From: Bacteroidales bacterium
GTDB lineage: Bacteria > Bacteroidota > Bacteroidia > Bacteroidales > WCHB1-69
Reading direction: 5' to 3'
DNA length: 64,000 nucleotides
Assembly: GCA_017962275.1 (NCBI GenBank)
Contig: JAGCVQ010000089.1
Location: forward strand, 62-64,061
Position 1 is the first letter of the stretch; the number at the start of each line of letters is the position of its first letter. Under the pieces are notes generated by a model. The model searched no databases. It saw only the letters and a program-made list of their open reading frames with translations, and was not told where the DNA came from. Positions 33,136 through 42,193 of this stretch are shown piece by piece. The position numbers and the translations under genes are program-made.

Positions 33136-34116
33136 ATGACACAGACTGTTATCACCATTGTGATTGTTTTGGCGCTGGTCATCCTGTTCTTCTGGATGGT
33201 GCCGTTGCGTCTGTGGTTCATCGCCATCCTGAACGGTGTCCACGTCTCTTTAGTACAGCTTATTCTGATGCGTTGGCGTCGCGTTCCGCCGGATATGATT
33301 GTCAATTCGATGATTACCGCTTCCAAGGCGGGCATTGACATCAGCCGTGACCAGCTGGAGGCTCACTATTTGGCTGGCGGTCACGTGAAACCGGTCGTCA
33401 ACGCCCTCATTTCCGCCGACAAGGCTAATATCACCCTCGATTTCAAGGCGGCCACCGCTATCGATTTGGCCGGTCGTAACGTCTTGGAGGCCATCCAGAC
33501 GTCCGTGAATCCCAAGGTCATCAACACGCCTCCGGTGGCGGCTGTCGCCAAGGACGGTATCCAGCTGATTGCCAAGGCGAGAGTGACCGTGCGCACCAAT
33601 ATCCGCCAGTTGGTGGGTGGTGCCGGTGAAGAGACTATCATTGCCCGTGTGGGTGAGGGTATTGTCTCCGCTATCGGTTCCGCCGATACACACAAGTCGG
33701 TGCTCGAAAACCCCGATTCCATCTCCAAGTTGGTGTTGACCAAGGGTTTGGACTCCGGTACGGCCTTCGAGATTCTCTCCATCGACATCGCGGATGTGGA
33801 TGTGGGTAAGAACATCGGCGCTATGCTGCAAATGGATCAGGCTAACGCCGACAAGAACATTGCACAGGCCAAGGCCGAGGAGCGTCGTGCCATGGCTGTG
33901 GCCCAGGAGCAGGAGATGAAGGCGAAAGCCCAAGAAGCTCGCGCCCAAGTGATTCTCGCCGAGGCTGAGGTGCCGAGAGCCCTTGCCGACGCTTTCCGTA
34001 GCGGCAACCTCGGCGTGATGGATTACTATAAGCTTGAGAACATCAAGGCTGACACCTCCATGCGCGATGGCATCAGCAAGATGGGCCAAGGCGGTCAGAA
34101 TCCGACCAAAAAATAG
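33136..34116 (+). CDS. floA: Flotillin-like protein FloA (UPF0365/YqfA family)
   Basis: The sequence [25 protein letters not shown]...[15 protein letters not shown]...[11 protein letters not shown]...[17 protein letters not shown] matches the FloA signature. Confidence 0.88.
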   Translation: MTQTVITIVIVLALVILFFWMVPLRLWFIAILNGVHVSLVQLILMRWRRVPPDMIVNSMITASKAGIDISRDQLEAHYLAGGHVKPVVNALISADKANITLDFKAATAIDLAGRNVLEAIQTSVNPKVINTPPVAAVAKDGIQLIAKARVTVRTNIRQLVGGAGEETIIARVGEGIVSAIGSADTHKSVLENPDSISKLVLTKGLDSGTAFEILSIDIADVDVGKNIGAMLQMDQANADKNIAQAKAEERRAMAVAQEQEMKAKAQEARAQVILAEAEVPRALADAFRSGNLGVMDYYKLENIKADTSMRDGISKMGQGGQNPTKK

Positions 34117-34120
34117 CGTG

Positions 34121-34888
34121 ATGAATATTAGATCATTCATCACGGGTGTCATTTTGAGCATAGCCCTCTTCGGTTATGCTCAAAATGTTTCTGCGCCGAG
34201 ATACAAGTACCAGTACAATATGGTAAGGCTCGATTCGACCTACGATGCGAAAATCGATCCGAAATTGGCCAAATATGTGGACAAGAAACGCCGGCAGATG
34301 GAGAAGCAGATGCAGGTGGTGATTGCACACACCGATGCCGAGTTAGAGTCTTACGCGCCCGAAAGTCCGCTCTCTAACTTCTTGACGGACATCTTGTTGA
34401 ACGAGGCTTCCAATTACATCAAGGACACTGTGTTCGACAATTTAGACCTCTCGATGCTCAACTTCGGGGGCATCCGAACCTCCATGCCTGCGGGAAATGT
34501 GACGGTTGGGGATATGTACCGTATTGCGCCGTTTGAAAACTATCTCACGTTTATCGTCTTGAAAGGCAGTGAGTTGAAGAAGGCCTTAGGGCGTTTTACC
34601 GACCAGTTCAACGCGCCCTATTCCGGCGTGACGATCACCTATCAGAACAACCGTCCGGTGCAAATCTTGGTCAATGGCAAACCCATTGAGGAGGGTCGCG
34701 AATACAAACTTGTCACGTTGAACTTCCTTGCAGACGGTGGCGACCATCTTTTGGAAGGCATTCAGTATGAGAAGATTGAATACACCGCGGTGACCTTCCG
34801 TGATTTTCTGATTGCCGAGTTGAAGGCCATGACGGCGCGAGGCGAGAAAGTGGATGGAAAGAAGGACGGGAGAGCCTCCTTCAAGTAG
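34121..34888 (+). CDS. 5'-nucleotidase C-terminal (substrate-binding) domain protein, secreted
   Basis: The signal peptide is MNIRSFITGVILSIALFGYAQ. The motifs SPLSNFLTDILL, NFGGIRTSMPAGNVTVGDMYRIAPFEN and LNFLADGGD are present. I place the start at ATG 34121; the track extension overlaps the 3' end of floA. Confidence 0.75.
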   Translation: MNIRSFITGVILSIALFGYAQNVSAPRYKYQYNMVRLDSTYDAKIDPKLAKYVDKKRRQMEKQMQVVIAHTDAELESYAPESPLSNFLTDILLNEASNYIKDTVFDNLDLSMLNFGGIRTSMPAGNVTVGDMYRIAPFENYLTFIVLKGSELKKALGRFTDQFNAPYSGVTITYQNNRPVQILVNGKPIEEGREYKLVTLNFLADGGDHLLEGIQYEKIEYTAVTFRDFLIAELKAMTARGEKVDGKKDGRASFK

Positions 34889-34899
34889 TCAGAAATGAT

Positions 34900-35736
34900 C
34901 TATTTACGTACCAGCGCGACGCGGAATCCACAATCCTCGTAACGGGAGTGCATGCTGCCATAGTCGCGGTTGGCGCAGCGGCTATACGGAGCTGCATAGT
35001 TCCAACTGCCTCCCCGCACCACATAATAGGTGTTTTCCTGCTTGTTCAGCGGATCGTTCCAGTCCTGGTTGTCGGCGTAATAATTCTCGTCGTACCAGTC
35101 CTGGCACCATTCCCAAACGTTCCCGCTCATATCGAAGATTCCCAGTTCGTTAGCCGATTTGACGCGCACGTCATGGGTGCGTTCGTTGCTGTTGCTATAA
35201 TACCAGGCAAGTTGTTTCAGGTCGTTGCCGCCTGAATAGAGGAAGCTTGCGCTCTTCTGACCACCGCGAGCGGCATATTCCCATTGTGCCTCGCTCGGCA
35301 GGGCAAAACGATAACCCTGGGGCAGTTCGGCTGCGAGTGCCTTGTTGAGGCGGGCTACAAAACGCTGGCATTCCGCCCAGCTCACACGCTCCACGGGAAG
35401 GGTGTTACCTTTCCAATAACTCGGGTTGTTGTCACGTCCCATCACCGCCATCCACTGTGCCTGTGTGATTTCTGTCTCGCCGATGTAAAAGTCCGTCAGT
35501 GTGACTGTATGGGACGGGACCTCTCTTGCTTTGCAGCTGTCGTCCCGAGACTCGTTACAACCCAACTGTAATTCCCCACCTTTCACAAAAACCAGCTTCA
35601 GGGGTATATGATTCACCGTGAACACGCGGTTACCAGTTCCTTGTGTCTGGGCCGGCAGTACGCCTGCGTAGGCAAGCATCAAAACGAGAATTCCTAAAAG
35701 AACCGATGTTTGTCGTATATTTGATGTCTGTTTCAT
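34900..35736 (-). CDS. Formylglycine-generating-enzyme (SUMF1/FGE-sulfatase) family protein, secreted
   Basis: It contains VSWAECQRFVARLN, NVWEWCQDWY and VVRGGSWNYAAPYSRCANRD...GFRVA, preceded by an N-terminal signal peptide. Confidence 0.85.
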   Translation of the reverse strand: MKQTSNIRQTSVLLGILVLMLAYAGVLPAQTQGTGNRVFTVNHIPLKLVFVKGGELQLGCNESRDDSCKAREVPSHTVTLTDFYIGETEITQAQWMAVMGRDNNPSYWKGNTLPVERVSWAECQRFVARLNKALAAELPQGYRFALPSEAQWEYAARGGQKSASFLYSGGNDLKQLAWYYSNSNERTHDVRVKSANELGIFDMSGNVWEWCQDWYDENYYADNQDWNDPLNKQENTYYVVRGGSWNYAAPYSRCANRDYGSMHSRYEDCGFRVALVRK

Positions 35737-35757
35737 TGCTTTTCAGAATTATAGGGG

Positions 35758-38700
35758 TTAGAACGAGTATTTTACATGCAACAGTATCTGCCACGTGGAG
35801 GACAGATTGTTGTAATACGACCACGTGGAGGGCGTGAAGGTGTAGCTCCCGCTCTGTTTGTCGTATCGCAACACCACTTCGTTGTCCAACACTTTGTAGG
35901 CGCCCCATTTGCTGCACAAGAGGTTTCCGAGGTTGTTGAAATCAACTCCGACGTCTAGGGTCTGTTTGTGTCCGTTGATGTTGAAGTAGATCTCCTGGTC
36001 GATCTTGAAATTGATGCGGTTCACCCACGGGGATCTGCCGCCGTTGCGCATCGAGTACTCTCCCCTGTGTTTCCTCAGGTAATTGTCGCTGCTGATGAAT
36101 TCCTCGAAAGCAGCGCGGTTTTCTTCGGTAACGAAGGGCATGGCCGCCAATTCCTCTTCGGTGGGGATGTATATCAGCTGAGAACTGGTCAGTCCGCTGA
36201 CATTCTGGATGAGGTAGGAACGGCGGGCGCGGAAGTTCGCGTTATAGACCCCCAGGTTCAACCCTTCATAGAACAGTCCGAGGCGTGTGGCGGTGCGCGG
36301 ACCCTCCTTGATGAGGTATCCGATGGCGGCAATCACGCGGTGCGGTGTCACGTATGCGGTGTACCCGATCTCAGGGCTGTTGCAGTCATTCACGTTGAAG
36401 GTGTTGGCGAAGCTGGAAACCTGATCGCCTATGCCGTCGGTGATGGAGTTGGCGTTGCTGAAGGTGTAGGCAGCCATCAAACTCAGGCCGAAGCGGAACT
36501 CTTTGCTCAGCTGGGCGGTAAGGGAAAGGTACTGACCGTGCAGTTTTTTCTCGTTGTAGAGGTAATAACCGCTCATGACGGAACCTTCGCTGTTGGTGAT
36601 TCCCTCGCTCGTGTAGTGAGTGCGGGCGCCGGGCTCGCCGGGCAGCATGACGGTGCCGTCTTCTTTATATCCCAACACTTTGGCATACACTTCGTGGTAA
36701 TTGAAAGAATAGATTCCCTCAAGGGTGGCTTTGATATCACCTGGAATCACGACATCCAAAGCCAAAGAGGTCTTCCAGCTGGTGGGCATCCGCAAGTTTT
36801 TGGACAGGATGGTGGCGTTGGTGGGCGCGGGCAGTTGGGATTGGGAGTAATGCTGACTCTGGTGCACGCTGTAGATGATGTTTTCGAGGTCGGGGTCGAA
36901 ACCCACTACGTTCTGTCCGGTTTCCTGATTGGCGATGTATTGGTATTGCAGACAGTTGGAATTGCTGGCGGCACTCACCAACCAGACGTTCGGAATGCGG
37001 CCCGTGAAGAGTCCTGTGCCGCCCCGGAGGATGACCTGGCGTTTGTGGGTGATGTCCCAGTTGAAGCCGACACGCGGGGAGATGTGGTAGTCGGCGCTCG
37101 GCAGGTCAGCGGTGCTGAGTCCGGCAAAGGAGCTCGTCGGGTTCGCGTTTGCAATCTGTTCGAAGTTGATATTGTGATTGTCGTAGCGGAAACGGGTGAA
37201 CGGCATCTCCAAGCGGAGACCCACGGTGAGTTTGAAAAACTTGCTGAACTCCATGTCGTCTTGGGCATAGACGGAGATCTGGGATTGGACGAAGGTGGGA
37301 TAGACCTGCTCCGTGGGGGTGTCCGTGTTGGCATGGGTGACCATGAATAGCGAAGGTCCGGCGCCTTCCTCCCCGTTGACATCCGCGAGGAACGACTGCC
37401 ACGAGTCATAGATGTACCATCCGGCACCGCCTTGCATGAAGCCGTTGATGATGCGGCTCCATTCGAACTGGGCACCGGCCAGGATATTGTGGATGCCCTT
37501 CTTGTAGTTGAACTCGTCGGTGACTGTGACGTTGTGGACGCGGCGCAGGTTTCCGTAAGAGAACGGATCGGGGCCGAAAGTGGTGAACGTCGCCAGTTGT
37601 GTGCTGCCGTCGGCGGCGGTGTAGGGCTCCAAAATATCGACGGTAGGAAAGAGTTCGCCTTCGAAGGTGCGGGGCTCGTTCTGCATCGACCAGGTGATAC
37701 GGGCCATGTTGTTCGCTTGTCCGTTTAGCACGTGACTGTTGAGCTCCGCCGCCAAGGAGGTGAAGTTCAGGTATTGGTTGTAACGGGCCGATTCAAACGG
37801 CAACGCGTATGACGAGTTGCGTCCGGCGTTGTAGCGGTTTACCGAATACAACGTGCCATCGGACAGGAGGGTGATGTTTGAGCCGCCCAATGGACTGAAA
37901 GAGCTGGACGGAGAATTTGCGTTGGAGACGTGGGTGTGGGAGAAGCGAATCAAGAACTGGTGGTAGTCGTTGATGCGCCAGTCCAAGCGGGCGAACGCCT
38001 TGAAGTCGGGGGTATGCACTGTGTATCCCTCATAGCGGCCGGGGTCGTAGCCGAATCTGTCCGCGAGGAATTGATGGATTTCCTCCATCTGGCTTGAGGT
38101 GGGGCGGTTAAAGCCGGTACTGCCGCCATACTCTTGGTCCGTGTCGATGCGGGCCAACGCATCGGATCCGGACTCGTGGTCAATCGTATATTCTCCGTTG
38201 ACGAAGAAGAAAAGTTTGTTCTTGACGATGGGGCCGCCAAGGGTGAAACCGATGAAGTTGTTGAGGGTGGGGGAGGTGGTCAGCCAGTTGGTGTCGATTT
38301 TCCATCCTTGCAAACTGCTGCTGGTAAAGTAATCATAGACAGACCCGTGCCATTCGTTGGTGCCGTGTTTGGTGACCATGTTGATGGCACCGCCTTGGAA
38401 TCCGCTGTGTCGGACGTTGTAGGGGGTGAGGTTGACGCCGATCTGGTTGATGGCCTCGAGGGAGATCGGGGTGCCGTCGGCGGGCAGACTCGAACCGATG
38501 CCGAAGGAGTTGTTGAAGGATGCGCCATCAACGGTGACGTAAGAGCCGCGGTAGTTGGCGCCGCCGAAGGCCGCTCCGTTTTCCGTCATCAGTCCCTGCG
38601 GGGTGAGTTTCAGCACGTCGTACAGGCTGCGGCTTACAGTGGGAATCATCTCTATTTCGTTGTTGTTGAGGAGGATGCCGGTGCCCGAACGGTTGATGTT

Positions 38701-39135
38701 CATGGAGGATTTCTCCCCGTCGCCGAAGATAGTGACCTCCTTAATCCGCTGTGTGGTGCGTTCTAGCTCCACGTTCACAACGACAGTCTCGCCGATGGGG
38801 GCGTCGATATCGTGGACGACGGCGGTGACGTAGTTGAGCCGTTCCACTCGCACGGTATAGGGGCCACCCACCAAAATATTGTTGATGACGTAGTTGCCTT
38901 TTTCATTGGAGAAGACGTAGTAGTGCGTGCCTGTGGGGTCGTGCACGACGGTGACCACGGCGTCCACGATGGGTTTTTTGCCGTCGCTGACATTACCTGA
39001 GATGGCGGAGGTGGTGATCTGCGCCGTCAGCGGCAGGACCGCCAGCAGGCAGAAAATCGTCGTCAAAACAGCCGCCACGCCAGATCTCATTCTTCCGTGG
39101 TCGTTGAAAAAGCGTAAAATATGAGTCATAATCAC
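35758..39135 (-). CDS. TonB-dependent outer-membrane receptor with an N-terminal carboxypeptidase-regulatory-like domain (Oar-like)
   Basis: The sequence ISGNVSDGKKPIVDAVVTVVHDPTGTHYY...GNYVINNILVGGPYTVRVE is followed by a plug and a large barrel of 1125 aa. The C-terminus ends LLHVKYSF. The -7 box is at 39232-39239. Confidence 0.88.
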   Translation of the reverse strand: MIMTHILRFFNDHGRMRSGVAAVLTTIFCLLAVLPLTAQITTSAISGNVSDGKKPIVDAVVTVVHDPTGTHYYVFSNEKGNYVINNILVGGPYTVRVERLNYVTAVVHDIDAPIGETVVVNVELERTTQRIKEVTIFGDGEKSSMNINRSGTGILLNNNEIEMIPTVSRSLYDVLKLTPQGLMTENGAAFGGANYRGSYVTVDGASFNNSFGIGSSLPADGTPISLEAINQIGVNLTPYNVRHSGFQGGAINMVTKHGTNEWHGSVYDYFTSSSLQGWKIDTNWLTTSPTLNNFIGFTLGGPIVKNKLFFFVNGEYTIDHESGSDALARIDTDQEYGGSTGFNRPTSSQMEEIHQFLADRFGYDPGRYEGYTVHTPDFKAFARLDWRINDYHQFLIRFSHTHVSNANSPSSSFSPLGGSNITLLSDGTLYSVNRYNAGRNSSYALPFESARYNQYLNFTSLAAELNSHVLNGQANNMARITWSMQNEPRTFEGELFPTVDILEPYTAADGSTQLATFTTFGPDPFSYGNLRRVHNVTVTDEFNYKKGIHNILAGAQFEWSRIINGFMQGGAGWYIYDSWQSFLADVNGEEGAGPSLFMVTHANTDTPTEQVYPTFVQSQISVYAQDDMEFSKFFKLTVGLRLEMPFTRFRYDNHNINFEQIANANPTSSFAGLSTADLPSADYHISPRVGFNWDITHKRQVILRGGTGLFTGRIPNVWLVSAASNSNCLQYQYIANQETGQNVVGFDPDLENIIYSVHQSQHYSQSQLPAPTNATILSKNLRMPTSWKTSLALDVVIPGDIKATLEGIYSFNYHEVYAKVLGYKEDGTVMLPGEPGARTHYTSEGITNSEGSVMSGYYLYNEKKLHGQYLSLTAQLSKEFRFGLSLMAAYTFSNANSITDGIGDQVSSFANTFNVNDCNSPEIGYTAYVTPHRVIAAIGYLIKEGPRTATRLGLFYEGLNLGVYNANFRARRSYLIQNVSGLTSSQLIYIPTEEELAAMPFVTEENRAAFEEFISSDNYLRKHRGEYSMRNGGRSPWVNRINFKIDQEIYFNINGHKQTLDVGVDFNNLGNLLCSKWGAYKVLDNEVVLRYDKQSGSYTFTPSTWSYYNNLSSTWQILLHVKYSF

Positions 39136-39231
39136 AATGTTTCAAGATGACGTAATACAATATAACCCGTTAAATGACAATGATATACGGAGTTTTATCC
39201 CGTATGGTTCACTGTACATTTAAAGAAGTGA

Positions 39232-39239
39232 CAAAGATA
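39232..39239 (-). promoter_or_regulatory. -7 box TATCTTTG, TonB receptor-FGE unit
   Basis: The reverse complement reads TTTTTTTTGTATCTTTGTCAC. It lies 96 nt upstream of the ATG. Confidence 0.65.
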
Positions 39240-39298
39240 CAAAAAAAAGGAAAGGATGAGCGAAGATCTTATTGGGTGCTCCGCCGCAACGGCAAGAT

Positions 39299-39757
39299 TC
39301 ACTCAGGCAGTTCCACTTCCTCCATCCACGGGCCGTAGAGACTCAGTTTGTGGATGTCCCAAAGTTCCTCCACGGAGGTTTCGGTAAAGATTTCAGGGTT
39401 CTCTTTCGCCACGAGACGCGACTTGCTGTCCACCACCTGCCACTCCGCCGGATAGACTTTGCGGGTGATTTCCATAATGGAAATGATGGAATAGATGCGA
39501 CGATCCCTCAGGTGGATCAAACAATTGCTGTCGTGGATATATATTCCCGGTGCATAGAGGAATTTCTGAGGCTTTTTCGGCTTGGAAAGTCCCTCAAATT
39601 CCATGAACTCCTCCAAAAGAGCAGCCATCGGATCTTTGGGCTCTGGTTTCGGCTTGGGCTCTTCTCCCAAAATTTCCACCACAACACCCCACTCTGTCTC
39701 CTTTTCGGAGAGATTATATAGTTTGACGAACCGTTCTAAAAGTTCTTTTTCTGTCAT
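39299..39757 (-). CDS. Small acidic hypothetical protein, paralog A
   Basis: 152 aa. It shares ExEWG(V/I) and RR(I/F)YS(I/L)...EITRK(V/I)(Y/H)PA blocks with the adjacent gene. I recognise no family. Confidence 0.55.
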   Translation of the reverse strand: MTEKELLERFVKLYNLSEKETEWGVVVEILGEEPKPKPEPKDPMAALLEEFMEFEGLSKPKKPQKFLYAPGIYIHDSNCLIHLRDRRIYSIISIMEITRKVYPAEWQVVDSKSRLVAKENPEIFTETSVEELWDIHKLSLYGPWMEEVELPE

Positions 39758-39798
39758 ATTTTGCGATTATTTAATGATTCAAAAACAATGTCGGCTAC

Positions 39799-40215
39799 TC
39801 ACAAGAGCAGTCCTTCCTCCAATTGCGGGACATACAGTGCATTGCAGAAAACACTCTCAAAAACCGAATCGTCATATACCAGAAACATCCGGTCATTGTC
39901 TTTGGCGGAAATCACCATCTTCCCCTCCACATACTCATTTTCGGGATCATCCTCGTCAATCATCACCAGTCCCGTTTCCTCGGTTTGCATGGTCGCCGGG
40001 TGAATCTTGCGGGTGATTTCGGCTCGATCCACCAAGGAGTAGAACCGGCGGGCGAAAAGATCGAGGCACACGCGACTGCCCTTGATGAGGAGTCCGGGTC
40101 TGAGTTGAGTGTCCTCATCACCGTTCTCCCGTTTGGTCACCTCGATGATGCCCCATTCCACCTCCTTGTCTTCCAACTGGAAGGCACTCTTGAAAAATTC
40201 CATCCATTCTTCCAT
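39799..40215 (-). CDS. Small acidic hypothetical protein, paralog B
   Basis: I place the start at ATG 40215 (MEEWMEFFKSAFQLEDKEVEWG). The -7 box at 40237-40244 overlaps the track start at 40239. It is paralogous to 39299-39757. Confidence 0.55.
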   Translation of the reverse strand: MEEWMEFFKSAFQLEDKEVEWGIIEVTKRENGDEDTQLRPGLLIKGSRVCLDLFARRFYSLVDRAEITRKIHPATMQTEETGLVMIDEDDPENEYVEGKMVISAKDNDRMFLVYDDSVFESVFCNALYVPQLEEGLLL

Positions 40216-40236
40216 ATTACGATAATTTTGTCGGTG

Positions 40237-40244
40237 CAAAGGTA
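40237..40244 (-). promoter_or_regulatory. -7 box TACCTTTG, paralog B
   Basis: The reverse complement reads AAAAAAATGTACCTTTGCACC. It lies 21 nt upstream of ATG 40215. Confidence 0.7.
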
Positions 40245-40258
40245 CATTTTTTTGCCAT

Positions 40259-40307
40259 TGGCTGTTGGCTATTAGCTATTGGCTGTTAGCTAAACCATAA
40301 ACCCTAA
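40259..40307. repeat. Heptamer array, 7 units (TTRGCTR, then AACCMTA)
   Basis: The units are TTGGCTG TTGGCTA TTAGCTA TTGGCTG TTAGCTA AACCATA AACCCTA. Confidence 0.75.
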
Positions 40308-40315
40308 CTCCCATC

Positions 40316-40864
40316 TCACATCCTCACCACCTTCTTCTTCCCCAACAACGTTTCGTCAATTTCCAAAGTCTCGCACATTTCCTTGACGAACGCCTCCTTC
40401 GACATATCCTCTCTTTTACCCATATTAAAATGTCTATCCATATCCGTAGAGCCCATTATATAGCCATTATACGACTTCTCAAGCGTGTAATAGGCATATA
40501 TTTTCTCGAGTTTGTTGATATAGACCGCGCCGAATTTCGCCAATGGCTCTTTGGTGGGCTTCGGGAATTCATACACCACGAGACCTTCCGTGTTCATATC
40601 CCCCATCACCTCGCACGCGATTTCATTCCAATCTATCACCTTGGTGGAGTACATCCGCCTGATCAAATCTTGACTCCAAACGGAGAAGTCATACAATTTG
40701 GCTGCATCGGCGTTCTTTCTCTCAATAGTCCACACATAAAGCGGAATAAGCTTGTATTCCAACTCATGTAAGCTATTTTTGTTTAACAATCTCTCATCCA
40801 AAACCGGATGTTCCTCTTCGATGTAAAACGGTGTTGATGATTTTGTCTCTTTTTCCATAATCAT
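40316..40864 (-). CDS. Hypothetical cytoplasmic protein (182 aa)
   Basis: It has its own -7 box at 40892-40899, which lies inside the longer track ORF. I therefore place the start at ATG 40864 or 40858. No motif is recognisable. Confidence 0.5.
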   Translation of the reverse strand: MIMEKETKSSTPFYIEEEHPVLDERLLNKNSLHELEYKLIPLYVWTIERKNADAAKLYDFSVWSQDLIRRMYSTKVIDWNEIACEVMGDMNTEGLVVYEFPKPTKEPLAKFGAVYINKLEKIYAYYTLEKSYNGYIMGSTDMDRHFNMGKREDMSKEAFVKEMCETLEIDETLLGKKKVVRM

Positions 40865-40891
40865 TTGGTTTTTGAAAATAAAACAACGCTG

Positions 40892-40899
40892 CAAATGTA
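40892..40899 (-). promoter_or_regulatory. -7 box TACATTTG, 182-aa gene
   Basis: The reverse complement reads GAGTACATTTGCAGCG. It lies 27 nt upstream of ATG 40864. Confidence 0.6.
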
Positions 40900-40931
40900 C
40901 TCAATCTTTGCGCACATGGCCAAAAAAGAGG

Positions 40932-40939
40932 TACATTTG
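40932..40939 (+). promoter_or_regulatory. Orphan -7 box TACATTTG firing toward the 3' end of the sigma/anti-sigma operon (antisense)
   Basis: The context is AAAAAAGAGGTACATTTGCAGG. It sits back-to-back with the 40892 promoter. No credible + strand ORF lies downstream. Confidence 0.5.
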
Positions 40940-41113
40940 CAGGGGTATTTCGTACAGTGGAGGGAGGGGTTTGTACAATGGGGGTGAGGGAAGGGGGAAT
41001 TCTGGGGAAGAAACGAGGATTTCGCTGTCAATTTCCGACTGCGGTGCAAGGTGAGGATTGTCGTTTTTGCTTTTTATTCGGTAGTTTGATTATATTGTTG
41101 AATAAGTTGCGGG

Positions 41114-41527
41114 TTAGCCTTCGTTTTTCGGGTCGGTATTGTCCAGCAATCCGCTCTCTTCGTCTGAATCATCTTCGTTCGGGGCGCATGCGGCGGGCGC
41201 GGCGTCGCAGCATTCGTACTCGGCATAGCGGGCGGACGCCGTTTTGCAGACCATGCCATACACCCGCTCAAAGGGACGATCCGCCCCTCTGTCAGGGTTA
41301 GGGATGTCGAACTCATCGTCCTGCAGTTCTTCGGGCAGCTGCTCCCCGGAGGCCTCGAAAGCCTCCATGTCACTGTCGATTTCGTCGCTTACAGCCACCA
41401 TCTCCTGCAGCATCGGGTCGCCCTGAATCTGTTCCGCTAGCTGCGTCATCTCTTCCGCCGAAAGGTTGCCGTCGAGCCAGGAAGCCATCTTTTCAATACT
41501 CATGTCGGGATGAAATTCGTTACGCAT
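41114..41527 (-). CDS. Soluble acidic anti-sigma-factor-like protein
   Basis: The N-terminus (MRNEFHPDMSIEKMASWLDGNLSAEEM) resembles an anti-sigma N-terminal helix. There is no TM segment and the tail is very acidic. The ATG overlaps the sigma gene stop by 8 nt, suggesting translational coupling. Confidence 0.5.
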   Translation of the reverse strand: MRNEFHPDMSIEKMASWLDGNLSAEEMTQLAEQIQGDPMLQEMVAVSDEIDSDMEAFEASGEQLPEELQDDEFDIPNPDRGADRPFERVYGMVCKTASARYAEYECCDAAPAACAPNEDDSDEESGLLDNTDPKNEG

Positions 41528-42131
41528 GTTGCACCTCCTTTCTCCAAATTTGTTCATACTGCTGTTTGGCTAATTTGTGCTTGTTGTAGTAGTTCTCCAT
41601 GGTCATCCCCAGGGCCGCGGCGGTCTCCTCGTTGGAGTATTCCTCCAGATAGCGCAGGCGGATGAGGGTGCTGTAGCGTCGGTTGGGCATCAGGTTCAGC
41701 ACCGTATGGACATCCCTGCGGTTGATATTGCCGAAATCCATTTCCTCGTAGCCATAGCGCTGGTCGTGACGGTCGCCGAAGTTCTCATCGGGTTTAAGCA
41801 GCGGTTCCGGCACCGGTATGCGCTCGCGTTTCTCGTACTTGTCGTAGCAATAGAAAAGGCACACGGCCTTGAGCCAGCTGGCAAGGGTGCTCTCCCCGCG
41901 GAACCCCTCCAATTTGCACTGGCCATAGCCGTTCTTGGGCGTTATCACCAAAAGGTAAATCTCGTCGATGAACTCCTTGCAGGTCTCGCAGTCGGTGTAG
42001 TAATGGTCGAAAATGGATTTGAAGAGCGGGTAACACTGGCGGTAGAAATAGTCGCGGGTGACCTCCTCATCGCGTCGGATGAGGGCCCTGGCCACCCGCA
42101 GGTCTTCCGTGTATAAACGCTTGATTTCCAT
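41520..42131 (-). CDS. Sigma-70 family (ECF-like) RNA polymerase sigma factor
   Basis: The region-2-like segment is FRGESTLASWLKAVCLFYCYD and the region-4 HTH is MPNRRYSTLIRLRYLEEYSNEETAAALGMTMENYYNKHKLAKQQ. I place the start at ATG 42131 because the -7 box at 42149-42156 abuts the track GTG start. Confidence 0.75.
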   Translation of the reverse strand: MEIKRLYTEDLRVARALIRRDEEVTRDYFYRQCYPLFKSIFDHYYTDCETCKEFIDEIYLLVITPKNGYGQCKLEGFRGESTLASWLKAVCLFYCYDKYEKRERIPVPEPLLKPDENFGDRHDQRYGYEEMDFGNINRRDVHTVLNLMPNRRYSTLIRLRYLEEYSNEETAAALGMTMENYYNKHKLAKQQYEQIWRKEVQHA

Positions 42132-42148
42132 TTTCGTTTTTTTCACGG

Positions 42149-42156
42149 CAAAAATA
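42149..42156 (-). promoter_or_regulatory. -7 box TATTTTTG, sigma/anti-sigma unit
   Basis: The reverse complement reads TTTATGTATTTTTGCCG. It lies 17 nt upstream of ATG 42131. Confidence 0.7.
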
Positions 42157-42193
42157 CATAAATTCCGAATATAATTCCGGAGAACGGTTCGAA

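Noticed and set aside
35968-37350. A 460-aa + strand ORF. Similar cases are 33250-34161 (-), 31414-32166 (-), 58370-59170 (+), 11021-11977 (+) and 7699-8376 (+).
   Set aside because: These are antisense shadows of the TonB receptor, floA, tyrS, dnaB, the nuclease and lpxD respectively. All have biased composition and no motifs.
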